This document shows positions 1-10,342 of a DNA stretch of 64,000 bases, piece after piece (positions within the stretch are counted from its first letter, which is position 1; every line of letters begins with the position of its first letter). The position numbers and the translations under genes are program-made. The notes below the pieces were generated by a model that worked only from the letters and a program-made list of their open reading frames with translations, had not been told where the DNA came from and ran no database searches. The stretch comes from an uncultured delta proteobacterium (lineage in GTDB: Bacteria > Desulfobacterota > Binatia > UBA9968), in NCBI GenBank assembly GCA_963760795.1, contig CAVXEP010000033.1, positions 32,001-96,000 on the forward strand, written 5' to 3'.

Positions 1-1
1 G

Positions 2-196
2 ACCAAAGATTATCTGTCGACGGTGACCAATGCCGACCTGAACCGCGTCCTCAACGAACCGCAGTATTCGCCGCTGCCGACGCTGAGTATCCGGCTCGCC
101 AGCGTGATCAACTGCAACACGCGCCACGCCGGCCAGATCGAGTATCTGCGCGGGCTGGTGAAATTCAAAGGCTGGTTTCCAGGGGCGGAGAGGTGA
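2..196 (+). CDS. DinB/YfiT-family protein, 3' end only (runs off window)
   Basis: Frame 2 reads ...RLASVINCNTRHAGQIEYLRGLVKFKGWFPGAER*; H-x-G-Q-I-x-Y-L-R is the typical DinB C-terminal helix. Confidence 0.7.
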   Translation, partial: TKDYLSTVTNADLNRVLNEPQYSPLPTLSIRLASVINCNTRHAGQIEYLRGLVKFKGWFPGAER

Positions 197-393
197 TGCA
201 GCGTCGCGAAGAACTGATTTCAAACAAACGCGCTGTAGGTCGGGCCAAAGATCTCGGCTGACTTGGAAGCTTCTCGGGCAAAAGTAGACTGGAGTCTGCA
301 ATTCCAGATTGCCGAGCCGTGGTAAATTCACAATGGTCTCGCGGTTAGTCGCATAACATGTAGTAACTCATAGCGGGACCGCTTCGACCCCCT

Positions 394-1231
394 TCATTCA
401 TGAATCTCGAAATAGAGCAGCGAGTGATCCGAGAACTTGCCGATCCATTCGTCCTTTTTCGCGGCAGTCGGCTCGTTGACCCAGCCACGCACGTCGATCT
501 CGACTGGCGTTCCATTGATGGAATGGAAAAAGGTTTTGAAGCGGAGATTTTTTGAGGCATAGACATTATCTAGATTGGACGGGGGAATGGACGATGTGCT
601 GCCGTTGAAAAAGGTCGCATCATGCGACTTCGGCAGCCGTCGCATCAAGATCGTCGGCCGGGCGGCGTAGTTGTCCCACTTCTTCAATTCGACCTCCGCT
701 AGAATCGAGCGGTCGAATGGGTATTTCATGCCCATCGTGTTGAAGTCGCCGAGGAATAGATAACGCGCCTTACCCGCCGGGACCGCCTTCGGCGTTATCG
801 AGGGTTCGGCGAAATTCAAAGGCCCGCTCGAGCATGTCGTCGCGCAGCCCCATGCCGCGCGGATCGGTTCCGCTCGACAGGTGCAGGAAAAGCAGCGCGT
901 AGTTCTTTCCATCCTTCACGATGGTGACGAGCTGGCCCGGACGCATGTGTGTAGTGCCCGAGCGAAACTCGGTCTTCTGGGTGATGAAGGCGGTTAGCGG
1001 CTTCTTAACCCCGACGAGAATCTCCTGGGTTTCTACTCCCTCAGTAATCTGGAACGTGTAGTTTGGCATCTTGCTCACCAGCGCGCTGAATACGGTCGCG
1101 CCCTCGACTTCATACAAGCCGAAGACATCCGGATTCTGCGCCTTGACGAAATCGATGACTCTATCTACACGAGTTGGATCTTCCTTGAAGTGCTCGACGT
1201 TCCACGATGCAATGGAAAAGACTTTTGCCAT
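394..1231 (-). CDS. Endonuclease/exonuclease/phosphatase (EEP) family protein, split by a frameshift near 775
   Basis: ORF 770..1231 has SWNVEHF and LYEVE; ORF 394..912 has LGDFN, LDNVY and FSDH; removing one G near 775 joins them. Confidence 0.85.
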
Positions 1232-1569
1232 GGGAGTCGTTCCTTTCGAGGGCTAGGACAGCTTGTTGTGCAATGTCTAGACTCGCCGCCGGCGGCCATG
1301 GTGTGCGATCTGCCGCCGAACCGCGGTTGCAGTATCTTGAGGCAAATAATTGGGCACGCGATCGCTAGCTTGAAGTTGCGCCGTCGCTCAACCGATCATC
1401 CCGGCCCAGCATAGACGATGTTTATCTCGCGAAGATTGTGAAACCGCATCCATCCTGTCGATTCAACCGTTCGCGTGACTTGGCCGGACTCACGCTAAAG
1501 GTTGCTTGCGTGTCACCGGCGAAAGGCGTTTGCTAAGGCTACGGCTGCACAGCTTTTTGGCACCGGCGC

Positions 1570-1692
1570 CGCCAGCTCTTGCAGATATTTATCCTGTTCC
1601 TTCGGTGTGAACATCGCCAGTGAAGCGTCGGCGTTTTTCGGCATGCCGTAGACGAAGTGGAAGGCGTGGCTGTCCCAGTCGTAGAACTCGTC
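1570..1692 (-). pseudogene. Detached, diverged copy of the 3' part of the neighbouring VOC gene
   Basis: DEFYDWDSHAFHFVYGMPKNADASLAMFTPKEQDKYLQELA matches 2138..2260 at 33/41 residues; no 5' part present. Confidence 0.85.
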
Positions 1693-1705
1693 ATAATGAG
1701 TCACG

Positions 1706-1906
1706 TTAGATATCGACGGACATTCCCCCAACGCGCTGCAACAACGCCTGATAGCTTGCCCGTTCTGAAAAGAGCTTTAGGTCATACTCTTTCTGCGAAA
1801 CCAAGCCTTTGTCGATTAGGAGCTTCGCCACAACGTCAGCCGTCGCGAGTGCCGTTATCATAAGCTCTTGGAGCGTGAGGATTCCATCTTTGTCCAATTG
1901 ACCCAT
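1706..1906 (-). CDS. Small hypothetical protein (66 aa)
   Basis: ATG at 1906 after GAAGGAA; helical MGQLDKDGILTLQELMITALATADVVAKLLIDKGLVSQKEY... Confidence 0.6.
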   Translation of the reverse strand: MGQLDKDGILTLQELMITALATADVVAKLLIDKGLVSQKEYDLKLFSERASYQALLQRVGGMSVDI

Positions 1907-2012
1907 TTTAGCGTTCCTTCCTTTCGGCGCAGCTATTTTCGGCGGCACCCCTCAGGTTTGAAGTTCCTATAGAACCGCGAAAACGGGCATCCATCAGCAA
2001 TCAATTTCCCTG

Positions 2013-2056
2013 GGATTCCGGGCCGCTCCGGCTTTCGCCAGCTCGCCCGGAATGAC
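2013..2056. repeat. REP-like palindrome (GTCATTCCGG type)
   Basis: ATTCCGGGC 2015-2023 pairs perfectly with GCCCGGAAT 2045-2053, ends in ATGAC; lies just downstream of the VOC gene. Confidence 0.6.
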
Positions 2057-2107
2057 GATCGAATCATTTAGCCAATTGCCGAGACAGAAGTATTAGCTCC
2101 TCGATCA

Positions 2108-3143
2108 CTACGGCTGCACACCTTTTTTCAGCGACTCGGCCAATTCGCGCAGGTATTCATCCTGTTCCTTCGGTGTGTACATGGCTAGCGAGCCGTCGGC
2201 ATTTTTGGGGATGCCGCCGATGAAATGGAAGGCGTGGCCGTCCCAGTCGTAGAATTCGTCGCCGCGCTGGTAGATCTCTTTCCACTTGTAGCCGACCGGG
2301 CTGCGGTGCAGGCCGGTGCGGGCGGGGAAGTTGTCTTCTTTGTCGCGGGAGTCGTTCAAGTGTTCTTTAGCGCCGGCTTCTTCCGGCAGGCTTTCCCACA
2401 TGCGCCGGTAGTTGGGCAAGTACTCTTCGTCGCGCACGGTGAATGCCGTGTGCATGTCCCACCACGGGCTGTGGCCGGCGATGCGTTCGTCGAGCTGGTC
2501 GACGAGTTTGTAAACCAGCCGGGCGCCGGTGCGCGTGCGCAAAACCATTGTGCCCTCGGCGGTCTTGGCGCTGCGTTCGGATGTCCATGCCGCAATATTT
2601 TTCGAAGAACGCCGCGGTGCGCGCCAGGTCGCGGGAACCGTACACGCAGTGACTGATGCGCCCGACATTTTCCGTGGTGCGCACTTCCATGGCGCCTTGC
2701 GGCATGTTTGCCGGCGCCCAGAATTCATACTGATTGCCGTCGGGATCGGCGAAGCAAATGACCGTCCCATCGTCGCCATTGTCCGCAGTCTTCACCGGAT
2801 CGGTGTGGGGAATCTTATGCTGATCGAGACGGCGCAGGTGTGAATCGATATCTTCCGGCCGGACGTAGAAGCCGCAGCGCGGCATGTCTTTGCCGAGTTC
2901 CTTCGCCTTGGGATAATTTTCCGGCTGGAGGAAGGCGCCGATGCGGCAGGACTCATCGTCCCACCACATGAAGCAAAAGATCGGCGTGTTTTTCTTGCGC
3001 ATGTTGGTGGTCAGTCCATTGATCGGCCGGATCGGCAGACCGGTGGCGTGGAGCGCCCAGTAACTCCAGCCCGGTAAATCGTTGGTGCCGACGACGTAGT
3101 GATCGATCCAGTGAACTGCGCCTTTGGGTTCGACGGTAGACAT
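2108..3143 (-). CDS. Two-domain VOC/glyoxalase-family protein, frameshift near 2580
   Basis: WIDHYVVG, FADPDGNQYEF and RISHCVYG in ORF 2367..3143; continues in ORF 2108..2779 (DMHTAF, FYDWDGHAFHF). Confidence 0.8.
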
Positions 3144-3239
3144 GGGGAATCCTCCAGTAGGAAAAGTGATAATCGCTCGATTGTGCTTGGGGTAGCAGAC
3201 CCGGGTGCGGGCGTCAAGGGCTTAACGTCCCGCTAGCGC

Positions 3240-3290
3240 GTTCCAATCGTTCAAAACGTTTCTGATTCGACTCGGCCAAGGGTTCAAGCG
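3240..3290. repeat. Degenerate 9-nt periodic GTTCCANNN repeat
   Basis: GTTCCAATC GTTCAAAAC GTTTCTGAT ... GTTCAAGCG; same unit as 52335-52430 and 56119-56190. Confidence 0.55.
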
Positions 3291-3322
3291 GGATATTGCG
3301 GCTAGTCGGAGGGGCTAAAATT

Positions 3323-4748
3323 TTACTCCCCTGCAAATGCCGGTTTGAGAGTGTGCCAGTCGGTCGCGCTTTGGTACGCCGCGGCGGCATTCAGAACAGT
3401 CTGATCGGCGAACGATGCACCGATCAGTTGCATGCCGATTGGCAGGCCCTCGACATCGATGCCGCACGGAAGCGAACAGCCGGGGAGGCCAAGCATGCTG
3501 GGAAAGCGCAGTAAATTAGACTGATTGTAGCTGGCGTGGCGCGAGTCGTCGCCGTTGCCCTGGACGCCTTGCGCCAGGGGCGGCGCCACGCGCGCGGTGG
3601 TCGGGGCGGCGATGATATCGACCTGGTCGTAGGCAGCTCTGACCGCTTCGCGGATGCGGTGGCGGGCGCGCTGGGCGGTCAAGTATTCGGACGCGGTGAT
3701 CGCCATGCCGACGGCGATGCCGCGGGCGACATGGGGCACGTAGTCCTGGGCGCGTTCACGAAACCAGCGGCGATTGATGCCGGCGCTCTCGGCCGAGCTG
3801 GTGAGCATGGAAGTCATCGCCGCGTAGCTAATTTCGGGAACATCGAGTTCGACGATTTCACAGCCGGCATCGGCAAAGACTTTGATCGAAGCAGTAAACG
3901 CGTCGCGTACCGGGCCATCGACGCCGTCGAGAAATTTGCGCAGCACGCCGACGCGCAGTCCTTTGACGTTTTCATTCAAGCGCTCGGCGTAGGCCGAAGA
4001 ATCTTGCCGCACGCTGGCCGGATCGCGCGCGTCGTAGCCGGCGACCGGGTCGAGCGCCAAGGCGATATCTTTGACGGTGCGGGCGAACAAACCGACATGA
4101 TCCTGACTCCAGGCGCCGCGAAATGAGCCGTGGCGGCTGATGATGCCGAAGGTCGGTTTAAAGCCGACGATGCCGCAGTAGGACGCCGGACGGCGCACCG
4201 ATGAACCGGTTTCGGTGCCGTAGGACAGCGGGCCGATGCGCGCGGCGACGGCGGCGGCGGAACCGCCGCTTGAGCCGCCGGCGATGCGGTCCAAATTCCA
4301 CGGGTTATGCACCGGGCCGAAGTGCGACAGTGTCGAAGTGCCGCCATGGCCGAACTCGTCTAGATTGGTCTTGCCGAAGATCACCGCGCCGGCGGCGCGC
4401 AAGCTTTTCTACCAGCGTCGAGTCGCGGTCGGGCACCCAGTCTTGCAAGATTTTCGAGCCGCCGGTGGTGAGCACGCCACTCATCTCGAACATGTCTTTG
4501 ATACTTACCGGTACGCCATGGAGCGGGCCGCGGTAGTTGCCGGCGGCGATCTCCTGATCGGCTCTCTTGGCGTCGGCGAGCGCCGGCTCGGCGCAGACGG
4601 TGATAAAGGCGTTGAGTTTGTCGTCAAGAGCTTTGAGTCGCTTGAGCGTCGCCTGAAGTGCTTCCACCGCCGAAACCTTGCGTGCGGCAATGAGCCAAGA
4701 GAGATCGGTCAAGCTCAGGTCTAGTAACTCGGCATCGTCCATGATCAA
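3323..4748 (-). CDS. Amidase-signature (GatA/AtzE-like) amidase, frameshift near 4400
   Basis: GPLHGVPVSIKD (catalytic Lys), GKTNLDEFG, GGSSGGS, GTETGSSVR (Ser nucleophile), GLPIGMQL. Confidence 0.9.
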
Positions 4749-4936
4749 GCTTTCCTGCCTCTAGGTTGCGCCTGGTGTGAAATCCAAGCCGTATCGTTGG
4801 CAAATTCTTCCAGCTCGGCAACGACTCTCTGGTTGTCCTCGATCTCTTTGGCTATGGCTTCGAGATCGGCCGGGGAAAAGCTAACGCCCTCTAGGAGCGA
4901 TAAGCGATGGGCAATTTCATCTTCATTACTATTCAT
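4745..4936 (-). CDS. Small acidic protein (63 aa), possible GatC/AtzG-like amidase partner
   Basis: ATG at 4936; MNSNEDEIAHRLSLLEGVSFSPADLEAIAKEIED...; stop overlaps the amidase start (ATGA). Confidence 0.6.
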   Translation of the reverse strand: MNSNEDEIAHRLSLLEGVSFSPADLEAIAKEIEDNQRVVAELEEFANDTAWISHQAQPRGRKA

Positions 4937-4994
4937 AGGAGGTTCCCGTTTTCGCAGCGCCGCCAATTGCAGAGCCGTGGAGAATAACTTTCGA

Positions 4995-5990
4995 TCACTT
5001 GATCTTTTTGGACAGTAGATACGCGCCGGCATCGAAAGCGCTTTCCGGCGGGTCTTTCTTTATGCCGCCCTCGGCTTTGACGATCTCATGCATGCGCTTG
5101 AGCGACGTGATGTCTTGGGGCTCGAAAGTCGCCATATAGGCGCCGTCCCACTGGTCGGCGTAAGCGCGCGCGTCGGTGCTGTTCATGTTGGCGGCTTTTT
5201 GCAGGAGCTCGGCGACCCGTGGTTTATTCTTTGACCCATAGTCAACCGCCTTGCGTGTCGCCGCAATGAATTTCGCCACGGCTTGAGGGTTTTTCCCGAG
5301 ATAGTCGCTGTAGACGATGGTTACCGCCAGGATCGGCGCGGCCTTACCCTTGGTGAGTTTTTTCCATTCGTCGACGATGGCGGCTAAGCGGCGCAGTTTG
5401 GCTTCCTCCATTTGCGCGATGGTCACCGAGCGGATCACCGCCGCGTCAATTTCTCCCTGGGTGAGGAACTGCGCCAGCCGCGCCTCATTGCCCGGCGCAA
5501 CGGTGAACTCGTTAGCTTTGATGTTGAAGTTGTGATCGAAAACCGCCGTGGCGAGGGCGTGGGTTGCGCTGCCCGCGGGCGACATACCGATTTTTTTGCC
5601 CTTCAACTCGGCGACGCTTTTGATCGGTGAGTTGTCGAGGACGGTGATTTGCGCTTCGGCGATCTGCGTCGCCAGAACAATTTTTACCGGCACGCCGTCA
5701 GCGGCGATGGCCATGGAGTTGGTCGACGGCGCGGCAAAGGCCAAGTCGATGGAGTTCGAGACGATGGCGCGGGTCGGGCCGTTGACTTCGGCGAACTTGA
5801 CCCATTCAACGTCGAGGCCTTCCTTCTCGGCGAATTTCAGCTGCTCCATCACTGCGCCAAAGCCCAGACTGAAACCACTCGTCCAATAACCGACCTTGAT
5901 TTTTTGCGCGTGAAGCGTTGCCGGTAGCGCACTGGAAAATAACAGAGCCAGTGCGGCGAGCGCGTGTAGCGTCGGTTTTCTAGCGTTCAC
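4995..5990 (-). CDS. ABC transporter substrate-binding protein, NitT/TauT (NMT1/SsuA) family
   Basis: Signal peptide, ELKGKKIG, GEIDAAV; adjacent to ATPase and permease. Confidence 0.9.
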   Translation of the reverse strand: MNARKPTLHALAALALLFSSALPATLHAQKIKVGYWTSGFSLGFGAVMEQLKFAEKEGLDVEWVKFAEVNGPTRAIVSNSIDLAFAAPSTNSMAIAADGVPVKIVLATQIAEAQITVLDNSPIKSVAELKGKKIGMSPAGSATHALATAVFDHNFNIKANEFTVAPGNEARLAQFLTQGEIDAAVIRSVTIAQMEEAKLRRLAAIVDEWKKLTKGKAAPILAVTIVYSDYLGKNPQAVAKFIAATRKAVDYGSKNKPRVAELLQKAANMNSTDARAYADQWDGAYMATFEPQDITSLKRMHEIVKAEGGIKKDPPESAFDAGAYLLSKKIK

Positions 5991-6061
5991 AGTGACCTCC
6001 GGCGGTTCTTTTGCTGCATCGTATCAAAGCGCGTGGTGAGCGCAATCTCAATCTGCGACGA

Positions 6062-6856
6062 TCAGATCAACTCGCGCAGCTGTTGAATGTAGCGCGTGAC
6101 TTCGGCCTGAGTCGGATCGCGCGGCCGGGACAGTTCGATGTCGATGATCTTGCGGATTGTCGCCGGGCGCGGCGACACCACGGCGACACGATCGGCGAGC
6201 ACGACCGCTTCTTCGACGTCGTGGGTGACGAATATGATCGTCATCGGCTTGAAGTGGTGAATGCGCAGAAGCTCGGCGTGCATCTGCGCGCGAGTTTGCG
6301 CATCGAGACGTGAAAACGGTTCGTCCATCAGCAGGATCGCGGGGGTTGTGACCAAGCTGCGCGCCAGCGCAACGCGGCTGCGCATGCCGCCGGAAAGTTG
6401 GTAAGGAAACGCCTTCGCGAAATCGCCGAGATTGACCAGTTGCAAAACATCGCGAGCCCGCTGCCGGCGCTCCGGTTTGGCCATCGCGCCGGCTTCCAAG
6501 GCAAATTCGATGTTGCTCAGGGTGCTACGCCAGGGTAAAAGCCGATCTTCTTGAAACATGTAACTGACGCGCTGCCAGTCGTTAAAATCACTGCTGGCGG
6601 CGCCCTGAAGACAAACCTGACCGCGGTCCGGCTTAATGAGACCGGAGATGATGTTGAGCAGTGTACTCTTGCCGGAGCCCGAGGCGCCGAGCAAAGCGAC
6701 GATGGTGCCTGCCGTGACGGTGAGATTAATGTTGTCGAGGACGGCGAGAGACTCGCCAGCTGTGGGAAAACTCTTGTAAACGGCCGTGAGACGAATCGCT
6801 GGCGGCGATCCCGTTCCATCGTCACAGGCGCTGCTAATATTTTCCGCTTCAGCCAT
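6062..6856 (-). CDS. ABC transporter ATP-binding protein, NitT/TauT family
   Basis: GASGSGKS, FQEDRLLPW, LSGGM, LLMDEPF, VTHD. Confidence 0.95.
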   Translation of the reverse strand: MAEAENISSACDDGTGSPPAIRLTAVYKSFPTAGESLAVLDNINLTVTAGTIVALLGASGSGKSTLLNIISGLIKPDRGQVCLQGAASSDFNDWQRVSYMFQEDRLLPWRSTLSNIEFALEAGAMAKPERRQRARDVLQLVNLGDFAKAFPYQLSGGMRSRVALARSLVTTPAILLMDEPFSRLDAQTRAQMHAELLRIHHFKPMTIIFVTHDVEEAVVLADRVAVVSPRPATIRKIIDIELSRPRDPTQAEVTRYIQQLRELI

Positions 6857-6890
6857 TTCTATACTTTTACGGTCGCAGTCCCCGTTGGCA

Positions 6891-7685
6891 TCATGGTAGC
6901 GGCGCCTCTTTTTGCCAACGGAAGAGATGACTTTCCAGCGGCTTCAGAAGCCCCATTTCCAGGGTTGCCATGAGCAAGACCAAGGTCAATGTCCAGGCGA
7001 ATACTTGGTCGGTTTGAATCAGATCGGCGGCTTGGCGCAGCCGGTAGCCGACGCCGCTCGACGAACCAATGGTCTCGGCGACCAGCGAGACGCGCCAGCC
7101 AAAGCCAAAGGCCAACCGGGAGCCGGAGAAGAAATGGGGCAGGATTGTCGGCAGATAAATCTTGGTCATCACCTTCCAGTCAGGCATGCGCAAGACCCTG
7201 GCGAGCTCGATGAAATCGGCATTAACCGTGCGCGTACCTTGCCAGACATTGGTGACGATCAACGGCATGGCGGTCATGAAAACCACAAAGATCGTCGTCG
7301 CGTTGGAGATGCCGAACCAGATGATCGCGAAAATAGCCCAGATCGCGGAGGAGACCGTGTTCAACACCGGGATCACCGGTTCAAAAAAATCGCCTACTCT
7401 ATGATTGGCGCCGAGCAAGATGCCGAAGGGCAAGCCGAGGACCGCCGCGACGAGAAAACCGACGGTGACACGCCAGAGCGTGATCGCGACGTTGCTCCAC
7501 AGATCGCCGTTGCCGGCGATACGACTGAGGGCTTCCCAGACCCGTGACGGTCCGGGGAGTATGTAATGAGGCACAGAAAGCGCGGCAAACCACCAAACCG
7601 CGAGGATGACGACAACGAGCGCTAAACGCTGCGCGACCAGATCAAGCCGAAAGTTTGACGCGGCGATTAGACTGTCGCGGGGCAT
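6891..7685 (-). CDS. ABC transporter permease, NitT/TauT family
   Basis: Multiple TM helices, LPGPSRV, WRVSLVAETIG. Confidence 0.92.
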   Translation of the reverse strand: MPRDSLIAASNFRLDLVAQRLALVVVILAVWWFAALSVPHYILPGPSRVWEALSRIAGNGDLWSNVAITLWRVTVGFLVAAVLGLPFGILLGANHRVGDFFEPVIPVLNTVSSAIWAIFAIIWFGISNATTIFVVFMTAMPLIVTNVWQGTRTVNADFIELARVLRMPDWKVMTKIYLPTILPHFFSGSRLAFGFGWRVSLVAETIGSSSGVGYRLRQAADLIQTDQVFAWTLTLVLLMATLEMGLLKPLESHLFRWQKEAPLP

Positions 7686-7710
7686 GGTGCGCAGAGCGGA
7701 TAGAACCTGT

Positions 7711-7762
7711 TCACCACGAAGGTTTGGGATAATTGTTGTGGCCTTCGCGTCCTGGGTGGTGA
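7711..7762. repeat. Degenerate TCACCACGAAGG-terminated palindromic element
   Basis: TCACCACGAAGG ... CCTGGGTGGTGA; same termini as the element at 29880-29959. Confidence 0.55.
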
Positions 7763-7774
7763 GCCGTCATTTCG

Positions 7775-8897
7775 TTACATGGCATAGTAGCGCGCGCAGT
7801 TGTCCCAGAGGATTTTCCGTTTGTCGTCGTCGGAAAACGGCAGGCGGAGAAAGTGATTGATCGCTTCGGGATAGCGCGAGTCGACATGGGGATAGTCGGT
7901 GGAGAAAACCAAATTGCCGTTGCCGACCTGTTGCAGGACGTTGTTGGCGATCACTTCGTCGGGTTCGATGGAGACGACGCAGTGGCGCTTGAAATACACG
8001 CTGGGCTTCTCTTTCACATCGGGTGCCCAGACATCGCCGTCGAGTTCCCAGGCTTCGTCCAAGCGCCACAGGAGCCAGGGCAGCCAGCTGCAATTGGCTT
8101 CGAGAAACGCCACGCGCAGTTTCGGATGGCGCGCGAATACGCCGCCGCCGCAGAAGCAGCCGAGCGCGAGCATCTGCTCGATCGGTTGCGCGAACACCCG
8201 GCGCAGCATGAAGTTGGGCTCCAGGCGCTCGCCGACCTGATTTCCTCCCGGTGCCGGTGGATTCGTGAAAGCCCAGGGACATATTCAAATCTTCTAGCGC
8301 ACTCCACAGCGGGTCGTAATAGGCGCTTTGCCACTGGTGATCGACGAGCGGATTGGCGCGCAAGAAGGCCGCGCGAAAACCCAACTGCTCGGCGCAGCGG
8401 CGCGCTTCGCTGACGGCATCGTCCATGTTGAACGGCGAGATCATGCCGGCGCCGACCAAGCGTTTGGGATCGCGCTGGCAGAAGTCAAACATCCAATCGT
8501 TGTAGGCGCGCGCCATGGCGGCGGCGAACTCGGCGTCCATGCGGTCGTCGACTAGAGCGCGCAGGCCGCGGGTCGGATAGAGCACGGCGATGTCGATGCC
8601 TTCGATATCCATAGCTTCGAGCTGCACTTCCGAGGTCCAGCCGCGGGCGGCATCGTTGCCGAGGATATTTTGCTTCTCTTCGAAATTTTTGCCCTTGGCC
8701 GGATCGTTGGCCGGCGTGGTCTTGCGCGACCATTCCTTGCCGTCGGGGTGCACCAAGCGCAGGTCGCGCACGTTGTGGCTGGTCATGCCGCGCGGCGCCC
8801 GGTCGCGGAATTTTTTGTCGATGTACTTTTCCCACAGCTCCGGCGGCTCCATGATATGCATGTCGCTGTCGATGACCTTAAATCCGTTCTTTGCCAT
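7775..8897 (-). CDS. Amidohydrolase_2 family protein, frameshift near 8240
   Basis: IDSDMH, AVLYPT, RAYNDW, GFHE; C-terminal ORF has FLEANCSW and FSTDYPH. Confidence 0.9.
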
Positions 8898-9020
8898 AAA
8901 TCACCTCACTTGCTTGAGCTGTATATAACCGGCGGGCCAGTGTCAATTCTAGCTTGCCAACTCATCGGCGTTGCCGACGCCGAAGGCTGGCAAAGTACGC
9001 AGAGGGTGTATCGAATGAGT

Positions 9021-10158
9021 TTACTGCGCGCGCGCCTTGCCGGCGAGCGCGTCTTCGACGATTTTCAGGGCCGGTTTAACGTCGATGTATTCCGGTCCTT
9101 CAACGAAGAAATACTTTCTGCCGGCGATGCGGCGCTGCGGCTACGGGGATTTTGTCCTTCGGGATATCGACGCGCATGGAGTCGCGGTCGCCGTGGCTTT
9201 CCTGATAGATGACCTGGCCGCGGCGCGACAGGAACCAATTGATAAACACTTTAGCGGCGTTGGGATTGGGCGCTTTACTGACCAGGGTGATCGCGCTGGC
9301 ACTGCCGCGCAGGCGTGGCATCTCTTTCAAATCGTTGGGAACGACGTACTCCACGGCACGCCTTGTGTTCTTTGCCTTGGTGACGAAGCCGTCACGGCAA
9401 AAGGCGCAAATGGCAAATTTGCCGATGCCCAACCAGTCGAACGCTTGCTGATGCTCGCGGCTCAACTGGAGGTCCATTTCGCCGAACAGGCGGCGAATGA
9501 ACTCCGGTCCCAAATCCGGATGATAGTAAAGTAGCGCAGCTCGCTGGCGCCGAAACCGGGATCGCGGGCGTCGAGGCTAACGATCTTGCCTTTCCACTTG
9601 GGTTGAAAAATATCCCAATAAGACTTGAACTCGCTCACCTTGGCTAACTGGGTATTGATCGACATGGCAAAGCCGGAAACGCTGCCTTCGTTGACGAAAA
9701 TATATTTACGCTCGGCGTCGATGTAGAAATGTTTGCCTTCGAACCACAACGAGGTGTCGAGAATCTCCGGCAGGATCAACAGCGGCGCGAGGGGATCGAA
9801 GAGTTGATTCTTGTAGAACGTGTAGAGCGATGTCGGACCGCCGAGATAAACATCGGCGAGATATTTACTGGCGCGCCGTTCGGCCAGTCAACCGCGGCGA
9901 GATGCGATTGCTGTTGCCGTGGACGAGGGTGACCTTGATCTCCGGAAAGGCGACCTGAAACTGGGCGAAGATGCCTGGGTGATAAGGGCCGATGGCGGCG
10001 TAGATCAAGATCTGCGCTTCTTTTTTGGCCGCTTGGATCGTCGATTCCCAGTCCGCCTGCCAGGAAGGCTTCTCGGCGGCGAAGGCACGCAGCGACGGCA
10101 AAGAGCTGGAGACCGAACAACAGCGCGACCTGGAGGGCATACTTGAGTTGTTCAACAC
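9021..10158 (-). CDS. Extracellular solute-binding protein (Fe3+/polyamine ABC type), several frameshifts
   Basis: RBS AGGAG + GTG at 10158; fragments AAKKEAQILIY, PKWKGKIV and APNPNAAKVFINWFLS lie in different frames; TAA at 9021. Confidence 0.8.
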
Positions 10159-10223
10159 AAGATCTCCTTGTCGTGATGGGTGAGAAACCTGCAGCGCACG
10201 CCGGCCACAGGACACGAAGCCAA

Positions 10224-10300
10224 GAGGGCGGGTTTGCAAACCCGCCCCTAACGTTTCGGAATTGCTTCTCTCTGTGCGTTCTCTGCGTTCTATGCGGCCA
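10224..10300. repeat. Composite repeat: GGGCGGGTTT..AAACCCGCCC hairpin plus three TGCGTTC 9-mers
   Basis: Homologous in reverse orientation to 19789-19858. Confidence 0.7.
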
Positions 10301-10342
10301 ACACCCCGATTCCGAATGATCCTCTCGGATCTCAGCCGAACC

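Noticed and set aside
1570-2260. Diversity-generating retroelement TR/VR pair
   Set aside because: Differences are not adenine-specific, are largely synonymous, and there is no reverse transcriptase.
3323-4936. gatCA tRNA amidotransferase genes
   Set aside because: No gatB, catabolic context, and divergent motifs.
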